Source: Zygophlyctis sp. KS116 (lineage: Eukaryota > Fungi > Chytridiomycota). Taken from it: a stretch of 32,000 bases of DNA. Location: assembly GCA_054661495.1 (NCBI GenBank), contig BAAFSQ010000046.1, forward strand, positions 1 through 32,000. The letters run 5' to 3'. Shown here piece by piece: positions 23,107 through 32,000 of the stretch; the first letter of the stretch is position 1; each line of letters starts with the position of its first letter. A program made the translations under genes and the position numbers. Under the pieces are notes generated by a model. That model searched no databases. It saw nothing but the letters and a program-made list of their open reading frames with translations, and was not told the origin of the DNA.

Positions 23107-24705
23107 ATGATTACTAGATCAAGTCAGATCTTTACAAGATCGCTGAAAAAAGTGAGGCCGATCTCTATGGATTTGAATAGGCTCAGCCGCCCACTGATGA
23201 TGCAACTTCGTCCTCTAACATCGGATAAAAATGCATCCAAAACTGATTCCAATCAGCAAAATGATGCCTCAGGGTTTAATATTTTTGAGCAACTCAAAGC
23301 TCAGCAATCTGGTCAAAGAAATGGTGGCTTTGAAGAATCACCTGAAATTGATGAGCGGGAAAAGGCGAGACTTAATAGAGAAGCAGCCAAGGCGGAAAAT
23401 GATGTCAACGAGCGTCAAAAAAAGACTTTTGGAATAGGATCATTAGTGACTGTTCTTGCATCTCTTGGATTCTACATTTATTTAGGTACTAATTGTTTTA
23501 ATAATCATAGGTCTTGCATCTGAGGATGAACCTGATAAAGATCCTGAAGAGGGTGCTTTTGGGGCTCATAATAGAAGAGTTCTTAGTGCATTGACTGGTT
23601 ATTATAATGTATGATGATTATTTAATTACGATAAAGTACTGGATGAGTCCAGCAATTCTCAAGCTGTTACCGGATCCACTTCCTGCTCCTTATCAGAGAC
23701 CAATCACTCTTTGTGTCGAGTTGAATGACTCTTTGGTTCATTTAGTTTGGGATGTAAATTAATTCTCTTAATATTTTAGAAATCAGAAGGATGGAAGGCG
23801 GCATTAAGACCTGGAGCTAAACAATTTCTGGCAAGCTTGAGTCGTTACTATGAGGTTGTGATCTATACCACACAAGCAGCATATGTGAGATTGTTAAAAT
23901 TAATATTAGCTTGCTGAACCTGTTGTCACTGCTATTGATCCATTTCAGTATGCCATGTATCGACTATATAGAGACCACACACGTATTGTTAACGGCAAGT
24001 TTATAAAGGATATAGATCATCTCAATCGTGACACTAAAAAAGTTATCGTATTAGACATAAATCCAGATTCTTATTCTTTGCAACCAGAAAATGGTGTTAG
24101 TTTAAAGCCTTGGAGGGGTGAATCTGGTGATTCAGAATTAATACGAATGAGCTCTTTTCTTGAAGGTATTTTCGCAAGTATAATTTCTAGAATTGAACGT
24201 TTTTATGAGTATGATTGGCTCAGATGATGTTCGACCTTTTTTGAATTCGTTAAAGAGTATCGATCCCGATGATGCTCCAGCGGCATGGCAAAAATATAAA
24301 GAAAAAATGCGAAATGATTTTGATTCGATCCAGAAAGAGAAAAAGGCACAATCACCTTCGCTTTTGGGATCTCTAATTGGTGGACGTGGTCAAGCCCGTA
24401 AAAGAAATGTTATTGATATGCTGGAATCTGTCGTAAAAGAAGAAAGAGCTACATTTGCAAAAGAACAGGAGCAAAATAAAGCGCAGATGCTTGAAATACA
24501 AAAGCAGCATGAAGAAGCTATCAAGAAACAAATTGAAGAAAACAAGAGTAAAAATCTAAAATTATGGGATTATATGATGGGAGCTGGTCAGCCTGCAACA
24601 CAAAATGATGATACAAATCAGCATTCTAAATCATGGTTCCAGGAACTTTTCAAGACGGATTCTCCTCAAGATCAGCCATCTGTCAGTATGGAAGCATCTA
24701 AATAA
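23107..24705 (+). CDS. TIM50: Mitochondrial import translocase subunit Tim50 (~489 aa)
   Basis: Basic presequence-like N-terminus, one TM helix, KLLPDPLPAPYQRPITL, W...RPG, KDIDHLNRD, QPEN. Introns 23486-23510, 23609-23636, 23754-23779, 23885-23909, 24166-24190. Confidence 0.92.
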
Positions 24706-24773
24706 AATGCCATTTTTAAGTATTTGATCATTGTGATTTTGTTACCTGAGCATTTAAGATTACTTATCTTCCG

Positions 24774-26660
24774 ATGAAAGTTATTGAAGAGGGGTGGATA
24801 TTTGATTCAGATTTTGACTCTGTAAGAAACATCATTTTAATTAAATAGGGAAATCTAGCAAAAGTTGAAGTTGATGATCGTTTAACAACGCAATCTAGAC
24901 GAGATTCTTTGGCGTCAAACCCATCTATTGCTCCTTCGGCAGAATCTAATTTAGAAGCTATCACATCAACCAAGAAGGCTTCTGCCAAAAGAAAGGTCAT
25001 TCAGTTCAACTTATGGACGAAACCAGATTTTAAATCCTCAAAAAATCGGACATGGTTTCATTTCTCAATCGAAAAGGATACTGATGAAAAATCAGATTTG
25101 CTGATTAACCTTCGATTCTCAATCATGAGCCTTAATTCTGTTAAGAAATTATTTGAAATGGGAATGAGGCCAGTCTATCGCTTAAGTGGTTTTGAAGTCT
25201 GGCATAGGATTCCAATCGCACCGACTGTGGATTCTATAGATCATGGGATGATGTTACACTTTAATCTATACTTTTCAGGCACTTTAAGAGATGATGTTAA
25301 TTTTGATGGTGTAGATTATAAGACGCTTGGTTCTCGGTCTCATCCTTTCCCGGTTAGGAAGATATATTTGGCATATTCTCTTCCATATAGCTACACATAT
25401 TTGCAGAAGAGGATATGTAGCCTTGAAAATCATTTTGCTCCATCTTTTATGAAGAGAATCAATATTCAGCCCGAATCAATGGGATCGGACACTACTAATC
25501 ATTCGAAAGGGATGGAAAGATTTGACTCTAAATATCAGCTTATCAATAAAGCAGGTCATGAAACCAATTTGTATTTTCATAGGGATTTGCTGGCTAAATC
25601 TTTAGATGGTCATCGATTGGATTTAATCACAATCAGCTCGCATGATGGAATGATTGACAATCCAGCACATGAATCATTATGCGCAGAATTATTTCCCGAT
25701 GGTTCTAAATCGAGGGCAAGAGCCTTTAGAATGTGTTCAAGCAGAGTCTCTTTGTCATCACAAAAGTTGAATGTGAATCATTCTGAAGGGAAAAAGTATT
25801 TTATTGTCACAGCAAGAGTTCATCCTGGGGAAACGGCATCATCTTATGTATTGGATGGATTTTTAGAATTCCTACTATGTGAACATGATCCTAGAGCAGC
25901 TCTGCTTCGCTCAAAATTTGTTTTTAAAATCATTCCTATGTTGAATCCGGATGGCTGTTTCAGAGGCAATTATCGTGATGATTCAAGAGGAGTTAATCTC
26001 AATAGAGTATATGATTCTCCTGATCCAAATACACACCCAACAATTTACGCTACAAAAAAGTACATTATGGACGTCTGCAATCCATCAGGGCAGATCGGAT
26101 TCTACATTGATCTTCATGCTCATGCAAACAAGACAGGCTGCTTTTTATTTGCTAATCGTGTACTGGACGCAGATGATCGCAAAAAGATTTGGACTTTTGG
26201 AAAAAAGATGAAAGAGCATTGTCCATGGTTTGATTTGCGAGAATGTGATTTCACTGCAGAGAGAAGCCTAAAGAATATTCCAAGGCAAAACACAAAGACT
26301 AACCTTTCCGGTTCTAAAGTATCTCCTGATCAAAGAGAGTATCGCACCAAGGATGGGACTGGGCGTGTTGCAATATTTGCTGCTACTGGATGTCCTCATT
26401 GTTACACATTTGAAGTGAATTATCATAGTGCTAGACACGATATTGGATGGACAGGTAACGTCAAATCTCAAAAAACCATGTCATCGAGCCCATATTGTCC
26501 ACCATCCATAAAATGCAAAGAAGAAACATGTCTACTGAATCGATCAATTTCTTCATTTTCTAAATTTGAAAATCACGAATCTGGATTTACTTTGGGTGAT
26601 TTTCACTCTATGGGAAGATCTTTGGCATTAGCAGCATTGGATGTGGTTCAGCGTGAATAA
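24774..26660 (+). CDS. AGBL5: Cytosolic carboxypeptidase (M14D), CCP5/AGBL5-like tubulin deglutamylase (~619 aa)
   Basis: FDS|GNL across intron 24822-24848, WFHF, RVHPGE, PMLNPDG, NLNR, DLHAH, GRVA, YTFEVNY. SLDGHRLDLITISSH is CCP5-like. Confidence 0.85.
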
Positions 26661-26766
26661 CGAAAATATACTCTCAAAATCCCAATTACTGTAAAATTCC
26701 TCAAAATGAATCCGTATTGGCTTGATTGTTTTTCAAAGAGATCCAAATTGGATCATCTATTTAGCC

Positions 26767-27984
26767 TCATGATCTTCTTCTAAAGAGAGCAAACAAAAGT
26801 GCCAGAATTATAAACGGCTGTGATTTTGAAAGTATCCTTAAAATCACTGACAATGGCGATTGTCCAAAATGAGTCCCAACCGACTGATTTGATGAAGCTA
26901 AAGGAGTCGGTTTACTTTCCAGAGCCTTTAAAGCTGAAGTATCTTCCACTTTCTGAACAATATCCTTTTTCCCTCCTAAAACAGCTGTTAAAAGTTTAGA
27001 AACAGGAGGACTTTCATTTCGTTTATTATTCTTTAGCCACTTGTGTGCTTTAGCCAAAGAAATCGGAAATGCCTGAGTAGTAATTAGAGAAACTACAGAT
27101 TTGGGTAACCATCCTTGTAAATCCCCATCAACTACTTGTGTGACAAAACAAGCCCCCTCCACAGACGGGTGAGGTTCTACCAATATACCTGCAATATTCG
27201 CCAGCATTCTTACGTCTCCTGCATCACTAATGTAAGAAGGATGAGAAGAGATGGAAGTTGTAACATTTAAAAAAGAATGTGGCTTAATTTCATCTAGAAA
27301 AGACATCACCAAAGCATCTCTTGGAGCTGTAGGCCAAAACCCTCTTGTTTTCATATACTTTTCTCTTTAAAAGAAATAATTACCTGAATAGAAGTCATAG
27401 AGTCCAAAACCTCTAAAACTCCTGCACTTGTACAAATCTCATCCCATTCTGATCTTTTACTTATATCAGATAAATAGTCAAATGCCTCTTCAGGACTTGT
27501 ATCCTAAAAATTACTAAACCTTCTATACCATTTCAACCAGAATTCTGAATGTAAAATCGCATTTTTTCTTTTGATGCACTTGAATCTTGTACACAGAGTC
27601 TGATTTACTGGAAGATCTAGTCAAAACCAAGTTCCAGACATCTTCTTCTCTATCTCCTACAGGACTTTTGACTGTATCTGCCATTTCCAAAAACTGAGCC
27701 TTGAGAGCATTGAATTTTTCCAAATTCCCTGGATCAACTTGCTTTGTCTCTTGAGTCTCTTGGACATTTAGAGACTTGATAGCAGTGGATGCTGGACTTT
27801 TCACTGGCGCTGAAAGAGTCATTGTCTTTTCTGATACATCGGCTTCATACAAGCGATACAAAGATATAAAAGAGAGTATGGCTAGAGATCCCTGTGATAG
27901 ATAGAGAATAGTTTTCTCTTCAAATACAAACATTGATACAAAAATCGATGTGAAACTGAGAGATAGAATCACTAGTTCAATCAT
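26767..27984 (-). CDS. START-domain lipid-transfer protein with terminal hydrophobic segments (~388 aa)
   Basis: RSEWD, WPTAPRD, DVRM, DLQGWLPKSVV. Introns 27504-27528 and 27358-27383. Confidence 0.85.
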
Positions 27985-27998
27985 TTTTTCAGGAAATT

Positions 27999-28547
27999 AT
28001 GTTTAGCGATAGTCTTCTTGTTGGAGCCTTGACGTTAACTTGGCCCTTGTATATTTACTCTTATAAACAATCGGTAGTCTCTCCGATACTTAATATTGGC
28101 TTGCATGCATGTAGAATTGTTGTAAAACTCTTTATACCACTGCTAGAAGCCAAAGTCAATTCAAGTCTTGATATTTTCCCTCAAAGACATTATATTCCTA
28201 TTCTATTTAGTTATGGTTTAGTATCACTAGGATTACTAGCACCCCTGGATGAAATTCAATTTCAATCAAAATTCAATTTAAAACAAATGATTTGGTTGGC
28301 ATTTTCACATACAACTGAAGCTCTAGTCTTTTATCTAGTATTCTCTAGATTAGAAAGATTTATACATCCATCAGAACGTAATTATAATTTTTTCAGATAT
28401 TCCATGTGTCATATACTGTCTCTATTCTTTAGTTGTTTAGTAGGAAATACTATTCATAATTATAGATTATCCTCTAAAATATTTTATAAATTCCTCTTTG
28501 AATCCATGATACATGTTGGAACTATAATAAAAGAATTATTCTTTTAA
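27999..28547 (+). CDS. Hypothetical multi-pass membrane protein (182 aa)
   Basis: Intronless ORF that exactly fills the gap between two genes, with several hydrophobic stretches. No family recognised. Confidence 0.65.
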   Translation: MFSDSLLVGALTLTWPLYIYSYKQSVVSPILNIGLHACRIVVKLFIPLLEAKVNSSLDIFPQRHYIPILFSYGLVSLGLLAPLDEIQFQSKFNLKQMIWLAFSHTTEALVFYLVFSRLERFIHPSERNYNFFRYSMCHILSLFFSCLVGNTIHNYRLSSKIFYKFLFESMIHVGTIIKELFF

Positions 28548-29480
28548 TTTCTTTCTTTCCAAATATCTAGCTTTAGCATCTTGAACTTTAGAGTCTGTGA
28601 CAGTAGACTCAAAAGTTCTTTTAAGAGATTCCAAAACTTGAGATTTTTCCTCTTCTTTTTCTAATTGTACTTTGATTTTTTGTGATTCCAAATCTCTTCT
28701 TCTTTTCAAATTTAAAAAATCATTCTTCTTTTTATCTGGCCTGTCTTGTTTTTTTAAGTCTTTTTCATAAATATTTAATTTTTGAATTTCTGCCTTTTTA
28801 GTAAAGTTCAATCCTCCTTTTAAATATAATCTTTTATCAACAATCTCTTCAGAGTCATTTAAAATGACTACTCCTGTTTCTATGGCTTGTTTTATAGCTA
28901 TAGATTTTTCATCAATTTCATTTAATTGTTCCACAGTCTCTTTATCATTCTTGCCCCTTGACTCTAAATCTCCTCCCCTCCCAGATTCTAGAATTGACCC
29001 AGTTCTTTCATCTAGAATTTTCCTATAAAATCCATTTAAATCCTTCTTCTCTCTAGCTTCTCTCTCTTCTTCTTCCTTTTCTAATTTCAAGAGTTCCTGT
29101 TGCTTGTCCAGATAAGCCTGTGTTACAAACTTTTCCTTATCTTGAAATAAAGCCCCTTCTTCCTCTCTTTCTCTTTGAATTTTCTTTTCATTTGCAATTT
29201 CCAAATCTATTTTCCTCTTGTTTGATGCTCTAATAAGTCCTTGAATATACCTAGCTTCCTTTTTGACACTAGTCTTGTCTTGTTTCTTCTGTGTTGAAGA
29301 AAATGTCTCAAAAGACTTGTCATAGTCAAATATATCAGAATCTTGTTCGATTGCTTGACTGATAATTTCTATAGTTTTTTTATCTACATTTTGTCTTTTC
29401 CCAACATCGCTTTTCTCTCCTGTATCCTGAACAGGCTCATCAAATACATTTCTTCTCTTGACATTAAGTCCAAATTTCAT
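28536..29480 (-). CDS. NSRP1: Nuclear speckle splicing regulator NSRP1/CCDC55 (DUF2040) homologue (314 aa)
   Basis: KFGL, IFDYD, ARYI, KIQREREEEG..F.DKEKFVTQAY, AKARYLERK. Confidence 0.85.
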   Translation of the reverse strand: MKFGLNVKRRNVFDEPVQDTGEKSDVGKRQNVDKKTIEIISQAIEQDSDIFDYDKSFETFSSTQKKQDKTSVKKEARYIQGLIRASNKRKIDLEIANEKKIQREREEEGALFQDKEKFVTQAYLDKQQELLKLEKEEEEREAREKKDLNGFYRKILDERTGSILESGRGGDLESRGKNDKETVEQLNEIDEKSIAIKQAIETGVVILNDSEEIVDKRLYLKGGLNFTKKAEIQKLNIYEKDLKKQDRPDKKKNDFLNLKRRRDLESQKIKVQLEKEEEKSQVLESLKRTFESTVTDSKVQDAKARYLERKKLKE

Positions 29481-29533
29481 TTTTTATCACTTTCTTATTA
29501 GATCTTATCACCTTTATAAAGAAAAAACTGAAA

Positions 29534-30445
29534 ATGTCAGAGCCTCAACTGGGAAAGAAATTGCTACAAATTTACTCTGAAACTCCCATCGGCTCTCTCC
29601 TGATATTAATATTTTCTATTCTATTTACTCTTTTTAATCTAAATCTAAACGTAAGAGTCTCTTTTCTAGATGCTATAAATCCTATAAAATTACTATTCTT
29701 TACTCTTTCCCATGGCTCTTGGTGGCATGCAGTCATTGCTATTCTAGTTTTTCCACTGGCAAGTGTTAAATTTGAACGTGAACATGGAACGCTGGCTCTA
29801 CTATTTTTTTTCTTGGCATTTAATGTAATTCTTGGTCAATTGTTTATTTGGATTTCTTATATACTTAAAATACTCTCTCTATTCACTTGGGATATGGATT
29901 CTATAGGTATTTCAGGACTAGATATTTCTTTTATGGTTTTTATTACTATTGAAGCAATGAATTTAGACTCTAGTATAAACTCTATTCCTCCTATAGATAA
30001 TACAGTACCTAAATTTATGTATCCTGTAAGTTTTATGTTGATATTAGAAGTAATTTTATGGGATTTTTTGTGTACAAGGCATTTAATAGGAATTATTCTA
30101 GGATACTTTTATTCTCAAAAGGTATTTCATGGGATCACACCTTCTCCGTATACTTTTGGTAATATTGAATCAATTCCCTTTTTACAACCTGTTGTAAGAT
30201 CAAAAATGTATGTTCCTCATCCAGGAGCAATTTCTTTAGACTCTGAAACTCAAGGTCAAAAGAGAGAATCTTCATTTTTGGATCAAGTTCAGACTTTTGT
30301 TGGAAATAGAAATTCACAGTATGTGAGTATAGATGAAGGGAGAGAGGCTGAAAATGGGTTATTACAGACAAAGGATGAATTATGGGATGATTTGGAGGAA
30401 AATCAACAGTCGTGGGAAGAGGAAGTGACTCAAAATGTTAAATAA
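29534..30445 (+). CDS. Rhomboid-family intramembrane protease, Rbd2-like (303 aa)
   Basis: H....H in the L1 loop, FEREHG, catalytic GISG and HLIG, about 6 TM helices, acidic C-terminal tail. Confidence 0.75.
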   Translation: MSEPQLGKKLLQIYSETPIGSLLILIFSILFTLFNLNLNVRVSFLDAINPIKLLFFTLSHGSWWHAVIAILVFPLASVKFEREHGTLALLFFFLAFNVILGQLFIWISYILKILSLFTWDMDSIGISGLDISFMVFITIEAMNLDSSINSIPPIDNTVPKFMYPVSFMLILEVILWDFLCTRHLIGIILGYFYSQKVFHGITPSPYTFGNIESIPFLQPVVRSKMYVPHPGAISLDSETQGQKRESSFLDQVQTFVGNRNSQYVSIDEGREAENGLLQTKDELWDDLEENQQSWEEEVTQNVK

Positions 30446-32000
30446 TTAACCGCTTTTGCTTTTATTCAGACAAGAATATTTATGATTTAAAAAATTACTC
30501 CATATTTTAAATTCTTTAAATCTTTTTGTGGATTTTAGGATTTCTAGAAATTCTAAAATCTTTACAATAGATTCGAGTCCAACTGGATTTTCAAGAACGC
30601 GATTTGCGTCCAGTCTTGAAAAAAAATACTTGTATTCATTACATGCTTTGAGAATGTCTTGCTCTAAATGTGATTGAGTATTATATCCAAGAATTAATGC
30701 AGATCTAGTCATTCCAAAGTCTATAAGTTCAAGGTTATGATTTAGATCAGCAATCACGTTTTCAGGCCGAACGTCTCCATGTATCAATCCATAATTTTCA
30801 TAAAAATTTTGAGCTAGATTCATGTATTTGACAGATATGCCTCTTTCGAATTCTGATCCAAATTCACAGGTTTGTAAAAGAACATCTAATGGGATTCCAA
30901 CAATCTTTTTTTGGCAGATTACCATTGCTGCAGCATCATATACTACTAGCCTATTAATCCGGCTTAAAGCGACAATCTCATTGTAAAAAGATTCCCGAGC
31001 TTGTCGATCAGACCTGAATAGAAGCTTGATAACCAATTGATCTTGAGGAACTCCTTTAACGTAGCCATTATATGTTACTCCATAGCCTCCACGACCAAGC
31101 TCTGATGTAAAAATGAAATGCCAGTTAGTAATTTTGATTCCTGCGGGCAGCATTTCCTTTGAGTTTTTCTTTGAGCGTAATCGCAGGAAATCTAATTTGA
31201 CAGAATTAAAAGCATCCAGAATATTTTCCACTTCAAATTCTGAGTAATATTCTCGATATTTAGTTAACCAGTTTCTTACGCACTTTTCGTTATGTGGCAC
31301 CAATGGACATTCACTTGCTGCATTAACAAGATCCCTTAGAAAAGCATTGATCACTACCAAGCATTGAGACTTCGAAAAGTTAAGTTTTATAGCCTTATGA
31401 ATATAATTGCTCATGAATATTTGAGATCCTTGTTCTAATGGGAAAATGCGAGCTTTTAATACATCCGCTGTATGCTTGGACAAAAAATCATTACGACGTT
31501 GATCACCAAAGCATGTCCGAAAATTAAGTAAAACATTTTGATCTGATTTTGAATTCTTAATTATCAATATTCCCATTTCCTCATCATAATCAACCAGCTC
31601 CATATTCATCCTGAAACGATCAAACTCGTTTAAATAGTCCCTTTGGAAGAAATAAAGTCTAAACTCCAAAAAATCCTGTACATTGCAATCAGTACATCCT
31701 CTAAAAATAGCACATTTTGGATTCTTATCCACACATCCCTGATAAAGAATCACATATTTGTCACCAGATATACTAAATTCCAAAGGCAATACAGAAATCG
31801 GATTAGGATGCTTTTTCAAATTAATGATTTTTTGTCGTTCAAACTGAGCCAGTACAAAATTCCTCTGATGACTAGAAAGTCCAATTTTCTCGTGAAAATC
31901 CATCCAACATTTCAATATCTTTCCAGATATCCCAGAAAAAGGATATTTGAGTACAGTCTGTAGAGCAAAATCCAAATACTCTTTAATTTCAAGATGATAT
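30446..32000 (-). CDS. 5'-partial protein with C-terminal minimal/atypical protein-kinase domain (>510 aa)
   Basis: LGRGGYG, LVIK, NE in alphaC, IHGDVRPEN, LIDFG. The reading frame stays open to the window edge. Confidence 0.8.
   Translation of the reverse strand, partial: YHLEIKEYLDFALQTVLKYPFSGISGKILKCWMDFHEKIGLSSHQRNFVLAQFERQKIINLKKHPNPISVLPLEFSISGDKYVILYQGCVDKNPKCAIFRGCTDCNVQDFLEFRLYFFQRDYLNEFDRFRMNMELVDYDEEMGILIIKNSKSDQNVLLNFRTCFGDQRRNDFLSKHTADVLKARIFPLEQGSQIFMSNYIHKAIKLNFSKSQCLVVINAFLRDLVNAASECPLVPHNEKCVRNWLTKYREYYSEFEVENILDAFNSVKLDFLRLRSKKNSKEMLPAGIKITNWHFIFTSELGRGGYGVTYNGYVKGVPQDQLVIKLLFRSDRQARESFYNEIVALSRINRLVVYDAAAMVICQKKIVGIPLDVLLQTCEFGSEFERGISVKYMNLAQNFYENYGLIHGDVRPENVIADLNHNLELIDFGMTRSALILGYNTQSHLEQDILKACNEYKYFFSRLDANRVLENPVGLESIVKILEFLEILKSTKRFKEFKIWSNFLNHKYSCLNKSKSG

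Noticed and set aside
598-27984. Apparent frameshifts and in-frame stops suggesting pseudogenes, programmed frameshifting or stop-codon reassignment
   Set aside because: All are resolved by 23-32-nt introns. TAA, TAG and TGA all serve as true stops, and the CTG and AGG codons checked fall at conserved Leu and Arg positions.
5512-31963. Many short alternative-frame or antisense ORFs in the track (e.g. 5578-5787, 6510-6803, 12696-12917, 16681-17055, 25951-26211, 31643-31963)
   Set aside because: They are nested in well-supported genes, have no motifs and often start at non-ATG codons.

Overview
Extremely compact, AT-rich eukaryotic nuclear DNA, most likely a zoosporic (chytrid-like) fungus or close relative. 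This is inferred from fungal-type PPG1, ITC1, ACL4, YGR210C-like and TIM50 genes together with a CCP5/AGBL5 tubulin deglutamylase. I reconstruct 23 protein-coding genes (the last runs off the window edge) containing about 50 spliceosomal introns, all 23-32 nt long; every spliced model totals a multiple of 3 nt. Many introns have a TRAT branch-point-like motif 7-9 nt from the 3' end. One intron, in ARL1, has no usable AG acceptor and appears to be GT-TG. Intergenic spaces are tiny: divergent ATGs 10 and 14 nt apart, tandem genes 9-18 nt apart, and convergent genes with overlapping or abutting stop codons. Other highlights are a prokaryote-like 800-aa P3A H+-ATPase that carries host-type tiny introns (HGT candidate), a structured ncRNA candidate in the only long internal intergenic gap (about 1268-1449), a possible PDK pseudokinase, and an intronless atypical kinase. 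No rRNA, tRNA, CRISPR or transposon was recognised. All family assignments come from motif recognition by eye, not database searches.
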